DNA of 63,047 bases, counting the filler, from Olpidium bornovanus S191 (Eukaryota > Fungi > Olpidiomycota): assembly GCA_017911155.1 (NCBI GenBank). It is 28 parts of 28 records of this genome, joined end to end, with 100 filler letters (N's around TTAATTAATTAA, not from the genome) between each part and the next. Parts side by side here need not be neighbours in the genome. Positions count along the whole stretch, not along the records: positions 24,356 to 26,420 come from JAEFCI010000127.1; positions 26,521 to 29,685 come from JAEFCI010005621.1; positions 29,786 to 31,057 come from JAEFCI010009891.1; positions 31,158 to 32,954 come from JAEFCI010001347.1; positions 33,055 to 35,330 come from JAEFCI010002260.1; positions 35,431 to 36,602 come from JAEFCI010004791.1; positions 36,703 to 38,403 come from JAEFCI010000741.1; 21 more parts are not named here. One strand, written 5' to 3'. The notes beneath the pieces were generated by a model. It had not been told where the DNA came from and did no database searches. It saw nothing but the letters and a program-made list of their open reading frames with translations. Of the stretch, positions 24,885-36,940 are shown in pieces (positions within the stretch are counted from its first letter, which is position 1; every line of letters begins with the position of its first letter). The position numbers were made by a program, and so were the translations under genes.

Positions 24885-26420
24885 GTTACGGACATATGGC
24901 GGTTCAAGCTGCACGTTACAAAAGGATTTTCTGAGCATTGCGGGGCTCCTCCTTGGATAGATCAAGAAGGATGCAGCAACTTCTTGAAGGAGACGCAGGA
25001 AAAGCAGAAAACCGAAAAGAAAATGAACGCGCTTAAGGCGAAGGCGCTGAACGCAACGAAGCAGAGGCTGCGCAAGCACAATAGGGAGTACGAGGACAAG
25101 ACTGAGGAGTACCGGAAAAACCCTGTTGAGTCGGGCGCGGAAGAAGAGGAGCAGGAGGAGGAGAAACAGCCGGTGGCGCAGGAGATCCTACCGGAGGGGG
25201 GCGGGCGTAAAGAAGGCGAAAAAGCCCGCTCCTCCCTCGAAGAAGAAGCCCGCGAAGGAGGATGAAGAAAGCGACTAGTCTGATTGGCCGTCCGACTCCG
25301 AGCCCGAAAGCGAGTCGGACGAAGAGGTCGTCAGGAGTGCCGGCAGATCCTTCTGGCTCAACAAGCCGACGACCGTTTCTGCGGCATCAACAGCAGCAAA
25401 GAAGCCGGTCAAAAAGGAGGTTGTCAAAGAGGCGAAGCCGAAAGAGGTTTCGGCGCCGGTCGCGGCCGCCGGCCCCACGTCTTCGGTCTCCGAAACGGAG
25501 GGCGCGGATGGTTTTACCCAGGTGGGGAAGGGAGGCAAAGGCTATCGAGATCAAAAAGGAGATTTTTTTCAAGCTACTCCAGGAGACCATTGAAGCTCGG
25601 GGCAGGAAAAACACGAACCGCGCCCAGCAAATCCAGATCTTCCAGAAACTCCTGAAGTTTGCGCCAAACACGTTTTGTAAAATTAAAGTGCTACTTGCTC
25701 TCGTCTCAAGCCAGTTCGATTACAATTCAGCAGTAACGACATACCTGAACATCGAGCAGTGGAAGAGGCAAGTATTGATTTTGGATTATCGTTGGCTGTT
25801 TGCTGAAAGTTACCAGCTAACTCGGCATTCACCGCAGCGCTTTTGAAGGCATCAACTCTTTGATCAACCTTCTTGAAAGTCACCCTGAAGTCTCCGTTCG
25901 CCCTGACTACGACGAGCCAGTCGACCTTGACAAGAGTAATCCGGAGGTGAACATTTAGCTGAGGACTACACATTTCAAAAACCAGTCGCGGTCCAAATAG
26001 GGTGTTCTAACTTGTGTCGCTTGCTAGGATTGTCAATTTGACTCGAGTAAACGGCAGCATTGTTCCATTTGTCGAGCGCTTGGACGACGAATGGACGAGA
26101 TCACTTCAGGCCATCGATTCTCACACGACAAAGTACGTTGACCGGCTTCGGGACGAGACCGACCTTTATGCGGTCATCATCCGTACCCAGGTGTACTACG
26201 AGAAGCTAGGCGACGACAAGGAGGTGATTTGCCGGCCGATAATGCGCCGTACTGAGCATCTGTACTACAAGCCTGATGTTGTCACGCAACTTCTGGGGAA
26301 CGCTGCCGCCCGTCTACTTCCTTCGGTAGCCAAAGAGTCCGGGATTGTCGCCTCGAAGGAGGGCGCCGTTGACACGCAGAAACTCGCACACCAGCTGTGC
26401 GCGTACCAGTACAAGCATGC
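24885..26420 (+). pseudogene. NIP1: eIF3 subunit c (NIP1) copy with frameshifts and an in-frame stop, partial
   Basis: KKMNALKAKALNATKQRLRK, SDWPSDSE, DGFTQVGKGGK, IEARGRKNT and VERLDDEWTRSLQAIDSHTTKYVDRLRDE identify eIF3c. There is a TAG at 25276-25278 and frameshifts near 25195 and 25540. These could instead be assembly errors. Confidence 0.7.
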
Positions 26421-26520
26421 NNNNNNNNNNNNNNNNNNNNNNNNNNNNNNNNNNNNNNNNNNNNTTAATTAATTAANNNNNNNNNNNNNNNNNNNNNNNN
26501 NNNNNNNNNNNNNNNNNNNN

Positions 26521-29450
26521 CCCGTCCACAGCTTTCTCGGCTTGAGGATCGCGGGCGGCAGCGTCACCACTCTCCCTCCACCCGTGCCGTCCTCGTCAGG
26601 GCGCAGCGCACCATACAGGACCTGGTGGTACTGTTCGCGGGTGAAGAACGTGTCCCTGGCAGTCATGTGCACCCCCGTTACGACGTGATCTTGGATCAGA
26701 CCGCGCAGCGGCGACCCCGACGTCGGAACAAGATACTGCTCGTCATTGCTGGCGATGAACATGGCTTCGGCCCGAGCGATTTCGTTTTGCGGCAAATGCA
26801 TGTTCATCTCGTCCCCGTCAAAGTCTGCATTGTACGTCTGAGTGACGCGGCAGTAAACGCTCAGTTTGTCGCCCTCTCACGAAGACACGACAGAGCAGAC
26901 AGCAGTGTCCCCCCCCCCCCCCCCCACCCGACTCACGTTACAGTTCGCATAGTGCATTCGAATCGTCTTCTCGCCGGGCAGGACCTTGACCCGATGCGCC
27001 ATGATGGACGGCTTGTGCAGCGTCGGCTGCCGATTCATGAGAACCACGTCGCCGTCCCTGAGGTGCCGGAGAACTTTTTTGTTGATGCGGACGGCAACTC
27101 CGGCGCCGGCTTCCTGACCGGACTTGAAATCCTGAGGGGTAAGCAGCTGGTTGGCGAGCGCGATGCGAGACTCCTTCGAAAGATGTTCGAGGGCGGTGAC
27201 TTCGCCATCTTCGTGCTGCACGTGCGTGGCACCCGGCCACACTTTGGGCCCGTTTATGACGGCCTGCCGAAGCTCCTTGACGTTGTGGTACGTCACCGGC
27301 TCTGGGTAGGTGAGCTTCACGGCAAACACCGGAGGCACGCCGATCTCGCTGGTTTCGATGTTTGGGTCGGGCGAGATGACCGACCGCGCGGCGTAGTTGA
27401 CACGCTTGCCCATCATGTGTTTGCGAAAGAGGCCCTCCTTCTTCTCCAACGCCTGCCTAATCCCGGGAACCGGCTCGATGTTCTTTGCCGCAGGTATCGC
27501 CCGGGTCGAGTCGATCAGGGCGTTGACGTCCGACTGCAGCTGAATCCAGGCGTCGACTATGCTAGCCAGGGCCGGCTTTTTCGGGGCGGCGTTCGGCGTT
27601 CCGGGTCCGGCGGCAGCGGCTTCCGGTTCCTCCTTGGCCTTCGCCGACGCCTGCAGCTCCCTCAGCCGTTCGCAGCAGTTCAGAATGGCTGTCAATTGGA
27701 CGGTCTTCGGGTTCTCGAACACCTTATCACCCATCACCGAGGCCGGCCGGAACCGGGTCGGCGTCACGGGGACGACGTCGACAAAAAACATCTCCGCAGA
27801 CGAGGCTGATCTCTTCCCCGACGGCAGAAAACGGCCGAACAGCTGGTCCAGCGCCTTTCCCTCCTTCTCCCAGAGAAGCTGCAAAATGCCTTTGACGTGC
27901 ATTGGGGTCATGAGGGTTTGCTTCTCCGACGGAGGGTCCTCGCCGGGAGCTCCGACCTCCACCTCCTCGTCTCCGTCTTCTTCCGGCAGCTCCTCCCCAT
28001 CATCGTCCATATCCGACCGGTCGCTGTCGGCGCGCCTCGCCGGCTTATCCCGTCGCATCCGGGCCAGGATCTCCTCGTGCTTCTTCACGCCGAATTTCCT
28101 CGCTTCGTTCTGCGCCGCGAGCTTCTTGGGCAGCGGCTTTTGGAAGATTTTCACGTAGCCGTCCTTCCGGTATTTGGGCGAGTGCCTGAAAAAGAAATTT
28201 TGCGAGGTTTACGGTTCAGGGGAACGGCGCTTGACATGATTTTCGAAAAGAGCAGGCGGCGAGCTGGCCGCCGGGGGGGGGGGGGGGGGGGGGGGGGGGG
28301 TGGTGGGGGGGGGGGGGGGGGGCGGGGGGGGGGGGGGGGGGGGGGGGGGGGAGTGCGCGTGAGTTATCGGCGGCGCGGGCGGACGCGCTGGAGGCTCGAC
28401 AACGTGTGGGTTATCGGCGGTGGGAATGCGCGCGCGGAAGGCGCGACAAACGTGGGGTTATCGGCGGTGCAAATGTGCGCGCGGAAGGCGCGACGACGTG
28501 TGGTTATCGGCGGTGCGCGGCGCGGTAGGGGCGACGCATGTGTGGGAGAGAGGAAGAGAGACGGAAGAGAGGGAGGGGGGAAGAGCGAGAGAAAAGTAGG
28601 GCGAACTCACGCTCCGCAGTTCTCGCATTTATTCTTGGCCTGCAGCCGCCTAGTGAAGTCGTTCACGGCCCGCCGCAGCTCGTCCTCCTCGACGGTGATG
28701 CGGCGGCGGCAGGCGCGTCCCCGGGCGCGCGCGCCCGCGAGGCACTTTTCCACGAAGTCGTCGACGCGGCGAAGGTACGCGTCCTCGGACTCCTCCTCCT
28801 CGTCGTCCCCGCCGCCCTCCTCGTCGCGGCCCGGGTCCAGCGCTTCCTCTTCCCCTGCCGCCGGGGAGGGCGCCGCCGCCCGCTTGGCTTTTACCTTGGG
28901 CAGCATGGCGTCCAGGTCGCCCGCCTCAACCACGGCGCCGGCGTCCAGCAACCGCAGCTTCGCGACGGCCTTGCCCACTTCCACCCGCGACATCCGGAAG
29001 CGGTGACAGTTCATGCAGGCGGAACGCAGAAGCGAAAACATGCGCGGCAGCCATAGGGGATGGAACACCGGTAGCGGCAGGTCGATGTGGCCAAAGTGGC
29101 CGGGACAGGAGAAGTGGTCAAGCGAGCATGTGCCGCAGCTGAGGAACGGGCAGGACGGGAAGGCGAGTGGGGAGGGGTGTGTGTGTGTGTGTGTGTGTGT
29201 GTCAGAACGGGCGCGCGGCGTTGGCTTTCAAAAATTTGAACTGGGCGCCGGAGAGGAGGACCCACAGGTGGTGCTTCGAGTAGGGCCCCAGGGCGGGGTC
29301 GTACAGGCCGCCCTTGGCCGGGTGGCCGAGGTTGTCGAGCAGCTGGGGGTTGACGATCCTGCGGACGCTGGTGCGCCTGACCTCGTCCGGGCGGTAGACG
29401 GAAAAGGCGACGGAGGTGATCTCCGAGCCGACGGGGTTCGCTATGTTCAT
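26521..29450 (-). CDS. RPA190: RNA polymerase I largest subunit, 3'-partial
   Basis: ATG at 29450. GGLYDPALGP|CGTC...CPGHFGHIDLP zinc motif, GLFRKHMMGKRVNYAARSVISPDP, NRQPTLHKPSIMAH and the catalytic YNADFDGDEMNMH split by an intron. Confidence 0.98.
28363..28530. repeat. Minisatellite of about 47 bp (4 copies) in an RPA190 intron
   Basis: Core GTTATCGGCGG at 28363, 28410, 28457 and 28503 (periods 47, 47 and 46). Confidence 0.85.
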
Positions 29451-29543
29451 GTTGCGGGCGCGCGCGCGCTGCTGCGCGCCGTCTTCCTGTCCTGCCCGTG
29501 TCGGCGGGGGCTTTCTTCTTCTTTCTTTCTTTCTTTCCTTTTT

Positions 29544-29584
<41 letters not shown>

Positions 29585-29619
29585 CCCCCCTTGTTTTTTT
29601 TTTTTTTTTTTTTTTTCCC

Positions 29620-29675
<56 letters not shown>

Positions 29676-29977
29676 CGAACGCTCGNNNNNNNNNNNNNNN
29701 NNNNNNNNNNNNNNNNNNNNNNNNNNNNNTTAATTAATTAANNNNNNNNNNNNNNNNNNNNNNNNNNNNNNNNNNNNNNNNNNNNTTCTCTTCCCCCCCC
29801 CCCCCCCCCCCCCCTGCCGAAAGCTTCTCGCCGGAAAATAGCGCTCTTTCCCCTCCTCCTCGTTCACACACGATTATGGCCAGGCGCCTGGACGCCCGAC
29901 ACGCCAACGGGCAGCGGCAGATCTTTGGATCAAACCAGGTCAGAGCGCGGGCTTTCTGCCGAAAGCGGGAGGGAGGA

Positions 29978-30008
<31 letters not shown>

Positions 30009-30474
30009 AGGGAGGGGGCGGGAGGGGGGAGGAAGGGAAAGCCGCCAGGCGAGCTGGAACGACGAAGGGGCCGTTATCTGGGTCACGTCGACGCACACGG
30101 ATTCCTGCCGTCGCCGTTCGGAGAGACGGAGAATGTTCCAAGGAAAAAGAGACGTTGGATTTCCGCAAGTAATTTTTTCCTCTCCGTTGCAACTCGGACT
30201 GGACCTCGGGAACGAACTTTGACTCGTACACGTTGACAACAGGAAGAAAGATATTTACCCTCAGGTCACTCCTGCCCTTGTTTTTTTTTTTTTTTTTTTC
30301 CTTTTTTTTGACGTCGTCTGTCTGAAGCCCGACGCCGCCGCAGGCCAGCAAATTTCCACTTCCAAAGCCGACTTCGTTCCCCACCGGCGCCCGCACCGGC
30401 AGGGCCAGGCCCAGGCTCAGGGCGGCCCAGAAGAAGCCGGTTACGAGGCCGTCCCTGCGTCCGTCGAATGCAGG

Positions 30475-30988
30475 ATGAACCAGGAGAAGGCGAGGCACAC
30501 TTTCGCAGAGGACGCGCGGAGAGGTGACGGGGCGCAGCAGCAGGGGCCGTCCGGGACAACTTCCCAGTCGAGCTACGTTCTCCACGCAAACGACCACGAG
30601 AGCCAGCTGGCGTACCAGCGGAACCGAGAACGGGGCAGGCACGTGGACGACTGGACGAACGGTTTTGGCGAGGTTAGTTAGGTGGCTCCTCCGCATCTCG
30701 AACGGCATCCGGCGGTTCTCTGACCTGGTGCGCCCTGGAAAGTTGGCGGCGGGAAATTCGTGGGATGGACTCCGGGGGGGAAGGGGGGGGGGGGGAAAGG
30801 ACGAAAAAGTGGTTGCCGGTCTCGGGAATTTCGGTTTGACGCTGGCTTATGCGCTCTTCGTTATTCTCAGCAAAAAGCCTTGATGCAGAGCTCCTACGCC
30901 ACCAACTACGCTGCGGCGTCGGGTCAAAATCCGCAGCATGACGCCGCAGGACCAAAGGCCGGCGCTACACACTACAACATTCTGACCG
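30475..30988 (+). CDS. Hypothetical spliced protein fragment
   Basis: ATG at 30475. The exon ends at ...WTNGFGE|GTTAGT, and the next exon QKALMQSSYATNYAA...YNILT ends at a GTACGT donor. No family recognised. Confidence 0.4.
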
Positions 30989-31210
30989 GTACGTCGCAAA
31001 GCCTGCTTCTCGCGCCTTTCTCGAGGCGGCAATGACCGGAGGGGGTGTGGGGGAAAANNNNNNNNNNNNNNNNNNNNNNNNNNNNNNNNNNNNNNNNNNN
31101 NTTAATTAATTAANNNNNNNNNNNNNNNNNNNNNNNNNNNNNNNNNNNNNNNNNNNNGGGTGGGGGGGGGGGGGGGGGGCGCGGGGCGGGGCGGGGGGGG
31201 GGGGGGGCAA

Positions 31211-31251
<41 letters not shown>

Positions 31252-31425
31252 GGGAGGGCGTTTGGGCCTTTGCGTGGTCCCTTGCAGTTCGTCCAACGGA
31301 ATGGTGTGGCGGAGCGTCGTGACGCCGAGTCCGAATTTGACGCCGGGAAACCGTCTGCCTGACATGCGCCGCGCTGACGTGGTTGGTTTTCGCCTGTTCT
31401 CTCTTTCCGGCCGTCTTAGAGCTCC

Positions 31426-32954
31426 GTGTCGCCCGAGGACTTGACCGCGTCGCTCTTCAACCTGGCCTCCCATGCCCTGCTCAGCACCGGCCGCAGCAGC
31501 CGGCTGAAGTCCCAAGCTTATGCGGAGGCGCTGGTGCGGCCAAAGGCGGCCGACCTCGTTGAGCAATGCAGGTCACCGGGCGACTCCTTTTCGCCCGGGA
31601 GCCGTCGCCAGGCCTCGGTCACGATTCCCGTTCACCATCTGCTCCACCACCTTTCGCTTCCGCCCCATTCCCACCGCCTGTCGCTGGCCGTGCTCGGGTT
31701 CTGCTACGAGTTGGGGTTGACCGGTGATGTCGTCGAGGTCCCCGTCTCCACGCTCACGGGGTTGTCCTCCGCGCCCTTCCTCCGGGCCGGCACGACTGAG
31801 GCCGTGGTCACCGCTCCCACCTCCTGCCCGCCCCTGTCCGCGCGGTGTCCGCGGACTCCACCCGCGTCTGCGCCGACTTCCCCGCTTCGGCCGCCTCCGC
31901 CGCTCTCGCCTGCGTCGCCAGCTCCGACGCCCTCTTTCAGGAAGGCGGAATTGTGCTACATCGCCGCGTCGACCTTCCTCTCGGCACCTGCCGCTCGCCG
32001 CGAGCGGCCGCAGAGCGCGCTTGGCAGCGGCCTGCCAGCGAGCGGCCGCGGAACGCTCGGCCGGACGGCCAGCCCGCTTCGCGGACCCCAGACCCCGCCG
32101 AGGTCCCCGACCCCGCTTCGACCCGTCGCGGCGGCGCAGCAGCAGCCAGATCGCCTGGCCCTGTCGCGCCTGGCGTTTCTCAGGAGATACGGGCGCCCCG
32201 GCGTTCGCATCGACCAACGCGAGGCAGAAGAACTGGCCGCGCTCGCGAACGGCGCCTGCGCGCGTGCTCTCGGCTTCACCGCCCCCTCGAACGCCACAGT
32301 ATCTGAAGCGCCCGATAGCGTTGTGACCGCCATGACCACGATGTGCCGTGTCGCTGACGACGACGATAACGACGACGACAACGACGACGACGACAACGAC
32401 GACGACGACGACGAAGACATGATGATCCCGGATCGGCAGGGACCTGCCCTTTTCAACCGGCGGAAGAGGACCGGCAGTGGAGATGCCGAACATATCTGTC
32501 GAAGGCGCCGGTTTTCACGTAACGGAAAGAGCGTCTCCCCCGACCGACCAGAATGCGGGTTTGAGGGCCGGGAGCAGCGGCCAGAACCGTCAATGGTGTC
32601 CCACGCGTTCGACACGGACGGACTTACGTGGCTCATGATCGCGGCCGCACACTACCAACACCCGGCGTCCCAGTACGCGCTCGGTGTCTGCTATCATGAT
32701 GGTGTCGGATTGCCCAGGAACCCGAAGCGCGCATTCTCGTTGTACTGCCGTAGCGCCGCCGGAGGAAACCCGCGGGGAATGGCCATCCTGGGCTACTGCT
32801 ACGGACAAGGATTTGTCGCCGAAAAGAACGGCGCCATGGCGCTCGAGTGGTACCGGCGCGCTGCTTTGCACAACGAGTCGAGTGCCATGTTCAACGTCGG
32901 TTATTGTTACGAAGACGGGATTGGCGTCGAGAAGAACCCTCAGGAGGCCGTCAA
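31426..32954 (+). CDS. SEL1-repeat protein, partial
   Basis: ASQYALGVCYHDGVGLPRNPKRAFSLYCRSAAGGN, GMAILGYCYGQG...ALEWYRRAA and AMFNVGYCYEDGIGVEKNPQEAV. The N-terminus is Pro/Ser-rich with a poly-Asp tract. Confidence 0.88.
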
Positions 32955-33537
32955 NNNNNNNNNNNNNNNNNNNNNNNNNNNNNNNNNNNNNNNNNNNNTT
33001 AATTAATTAANNNNNNNNNNNNNNNNNNNNNNNNNNNNNNNNNNNNNNNNNNNNCAAAACAAAAAATCAAAACGAAAACGACAGAAAAACAACAAAAATC
33101 AACCAAAAAACATAACCGGCAACAAAGGCATCGAACGAGAAGGTAATCGTATTTGTTTATTATAACTGGCATGAGAACCATTACACTGCGTTACCCGGTA
33201 GCAGGTTCGCGACGAGCAAAGAACTGGCCCCTCTGCTCTCTCCGCCGCATCCAAGCTCGCAATCAACCCTGACATTCTGTTATAATTCCAGATAAACGGT
33301 TCGCCAAGCAGATTAAAGCAGAGATTAACGCGTCCGTTGGTCACAGCGGCACCATCGGTCAGTCCCGGTAGCAGGAACGCCGCTTGCCGCCAATGACCCA
33401 TATATAATCATCACTAGATCGACACCGGCAGCCAATGAGGCGGCGCAACTCAAAAATGTGCCCGAGAACAGATGTCTTGCTTCTATTCACACCGTCAGTT
33501 GACCGTTCCGTGACGATCCTGTGACTGCTCGATTGCA

Positions 33538-35330
33538 TTACCCGTCCTCTTCGTCGTCCTTCTCGTCTTCAGAACCGAACACATCTTCGAAATCGTCTAA
33601 ATCGCCTGCGAGCGGCACGTCCTCGTCCTCCTCCTCTGGGGTAGGCAAGACAACCCACATGAGCGCGGAGTGACCCTCTTTATCGCGAGGAATAAACCGC
33701 AAAAATGGTGCAAAAATCGAACGCGAGACGACAAGAAATATGCGGATTCCCCACCATTTTCCTCGTTCCCCTCTCCGATTCTGTTCTGCTCACGGCGGAG
33801 ATTTCTCAGGAGCATATCCACCTGGCAAAAGTTTCCGCAGAAGCCCCTTTCGACCCTCAAAATCTGTGCGACTCTCGTCATCCTACGCTCCACGGAACAC
33901 AGAAACCGAGCACAGGAAACTCACACGCCGGTCAAGATGGCTCTTGGGGACCCCTTCATCCTCTTCGCCTTCTTCTTCCACCTCCCGGGTGGCTTTGAGG
34001 TCGTCGCCGGCGTCGTCGCCTTCGTCATAGCTGCCATCCTGTGGCGGCAACTTGCCCTCCATCAGGTCTTGATACTTCCGCCGGAGCATGTTGCGCAGTC
34101 TATTTATCCGCCCGTGCGTGTACCAGCCATCCCTAGGCTGGGAGGCAAAAGACGCAAGGTCAAGAAACGGAGAATGTCGGAAACAATCGCCAACGGTCAG
34201 ACAGAAACAAGCGCCAGGTAGCGATGTGGCGAAGGGCGGGTGTCAAGCCTAGCAAATTGTACACGTACATCGAAAGCTGCTCTCACACCACCGCTGCTGG
34301 TGTCGCCGGCGATCGTCAGTAGCTCGGGATCAGTGATGTCGCACACCTGGTAGAACGGCGTTCCGCCTACGGGCCTGTTGACGCCGTCGAACAGGTGTGT
34401 CTCCCACATCTTCTGCTCCGGGATTTCCAAGCTCGCCCGCGAAGCGACGCCATCGGGAGCCCAGCCGAGCGGGACCGGGCCCGCACCACCTGGCCGGCGC
34501 GGGGCGCGGGCAGCTTTCCTAGCGATCTGATTTCGAGCGACGAGCCGTTGCCAGCTGGAATTTATTTGAATAAAAAAAAAATTTTGATTAAAAGCAGCCG
34601 AAAGGAACAAGGGAATAGAGAAGCCCATGAATAAAACGTTAAACAGAACGTAACGAACATCAGTGATCCGGAAACCCGAGAATACGCGGTGAGTAATCTG
34701 GACAAGACTTACAAACGGGAACTTGGGTCTTTGCGCGGCTCGTAACCAAAACGGATCCACAGATCCCTGAAGGGTCCGCTGCTGCAGAAATAGGCCACCA
34801 GCGGCAAGCACTTGCGGAGGATCTTCGCATCGTCACCGAGCCGGTTGCCTAGCGCCAGCCTTGACCAAATCGCCCTTTCCGCAAACAGCGAGCGGACACG
34901 TTCGACCTCAGCCTTGTCCACGTTCGCCGCAGCGGTGACCAGTTCCGGTGACGGCCCGTTGGGGATCGCGGTGTTGCGGTCCAGCATACCCACGGATTCA
35001 ATGATGTGCCTCTGATGCTTCCCCCGGGATACGATTTTTTCCTGCAGCTCAGATGAACCCGGAGCCCGCGCAAAGATCCTTATGGAGTCAGGGTTGGGTT
35101 TGTATTGATACCGGAGGCTGATCTCGATGCGCGTAAACGCCGGCGGAGGCAAACTGAACGGGTCTGCCCGCCCGGTGGCGTCTGCCGGTAAGGTGGGGCC
35201 TCCTGGTTGTGCTATTTCGGTGCAAAGTTCCTTCATTTTGTGCGCTTCAAAAAACCTGCGTCAATGGAGAGGGCAGGGCCACGCGCAATCCCTTTCCATC
35301 AACAAACTCCTACCGTTCCCGGTCTCCATG
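33538..35330 (-). CDS. TFC1: TFIIIC subunit tau95 (Tfc1/GTF3C5), 5'-partial
   Basis: LFAERAIWSR...LPLVAYFCSSGPFRDLWIRFGYEPRKDPSSR, LFDG...FYQVCDITDPEL and LRNMLRRKY, with an acidic C-terminal tail ending at TAA 33538. Confidence 0.85.
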
Positions 35331-35478
35331 NNNNNNNNNNNNNNNNNNNNNNNNNNNNNNNNNNNNNNNNNNNNTTAATTAATTAANNNNNNNNNNNNNN
35401 NNNNNNNNNNNNNNNNNNNNNNNNNNNNNNCCCCCCCCCCCCCCCCCCCCCCCCCCCCCGCCCCCGCGCGCGCGCGCG

Positions 35479-35977
35479 ATGCTCCCCTACATCGCCGCCG
35501 CCGCCGCCGCGCTGGCCCTGCTGGCGCCCCCCGTCGCGCTCGTCCTGCGCAACACCGCCAGGGAGCCCGCCGCGGTCGCCCGCGCCCAGTTCGCCCTCAA
35601 GGTCCTGCTCTTCGCCCTCTCCCTCGCCGCCTCCTCGCTCGTCGGCATCCTCGCCGCCCCCTTCCTGCTCCTGGCCGGCCGCAGGAACGACACCTGCCGC
35701 GTCGTCGGCAGGACCTTCCGCGCCCTCTGCGCCCTCTTCGCCGGCGTCTCCGTGCGCCTGCAGCTGCCCCACCACTTGGCCACCCGCCCCGCCATCTTCG
35801 TCGCGAACCACCAGAGCACCCTCGACGTGCTCGTCATGGGCGCCGTGATCCCCGGGGACTGCACCGTCATCGCCAAGACCTCGCTGAGGAGGGTGCCCCT
35901 GGTGGGCCAGTTCCGTGAGTGGTTTGTTTGGTTGTGCGTCCGGAGGAATTGTGGGAAAAGGGGTGGACGTCGAGAGA

Positions 35978-36017
<40 letters not shown>

Positions 36018-36353
36018 GGATTGGGGAGAGAGACGGGGAGGGGAGAGCGAGCGAGAAGTCATAACAGGGAGTGAGAGCGACCGCACGATACACCGTGCCC
36101 CCCCGCCCGTCCAAGAAACGCTAAGTCCCGCCCCTATCCGCGTTGCTTTCGCCGTCCCGGCGGCCCACCTCCTATCTCGGCTCAAGTGTGCCTCGCGAAC
36201 GCAGTCTGGATCGACCGGAAAAACACCGCCAGCGCCAAGGAAGCCATGGCCCGCGCCGTGGACAAGATCAAGGCGTCCAAGATGAGCTGCTTCGTCTATC
36301 CCGAAGGAACGCGGTCGCACCTGAAGAACGCGCAGCTCTTGCCTTTCAAGAAG
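35479..36353 (+). CDS. SLC1: 1-acyl-sn-glycerol-3-phosphate acyltransferase, 3'-partial
   Basis: Exons 35479-35914 and 36187-36353. Motifs NHQSTLD, WIDR and YPEGTRS...LLPFKK. Confidence 0.93.
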
Positions 36354-36726
36354 GTATCGTTCCCGCCGCCGGCACTTTTTTTCCTGGACCTTGCTCGGAA
36401 CGCAGAGGTGGTGGTGGTGGCGGCGGCGGGGGGGGCGGGGAGGGGGGGGGGGGGTGGGGGGGGGGGGTGTGGGAGGGGGGGGGGGGGGGGGGAGCGGGAG
36501 AGAAAACGGGAAGCCGCCTGAGAGGGGCGGTCACTCGTGTGGGAATATATCAAAGATGCAATCGACTGTCGCATGGAAGATAAAAACCACTCTCGATGAT
36601 CGNNNNNNNNNNNNNNNNNNNNNNNNNNNNNNNNNNNNNNNNNNNNTTAATTAATTAANNNNNNNNNNNNNNNNNNNNNNNNNNNNNNNNNNNNNNNNNN
36701 NNCGGTATTTGGTCCTTGCCTGCGAA

Positions 36727-36940
36727 GGAGTGACGAACTCAGTGTGCATTAAGCAGATAAAGGCCTGCTTAATTAAAGGGGACAGAAAGAAGCACATCTT
36801 GCCGAAATTCTACTTTGCTCATGAGCTCATTGGCAAAGATATCGATCTGTAGCGCACATCTGAAAACTGCGCGGATCTCTTCACCAAGGCACTCATTGTG
36901 CTGGCCGATGAGTAAGTGTGCCAAATGATTGGCTTTGAGA
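36727..36940 (+). mobile_element. Degenerate Ty1/Copia RNase H C-terminus
   Basis: NSVCIKQIKACLIKGDRKKHILPKFYFAHEL...*RTSENCADLFTKAL, with in-frame stops. Confidence 0.8.

Noticed and set aside
28363-28530. CRISPR array, or a lambda-operator-like core
   Set aside because: The linkers are mutually similar rather than unique spacers, the site is a eukaryotic intron, and no cas genes are present. The operator resemblance is a short coincidence.
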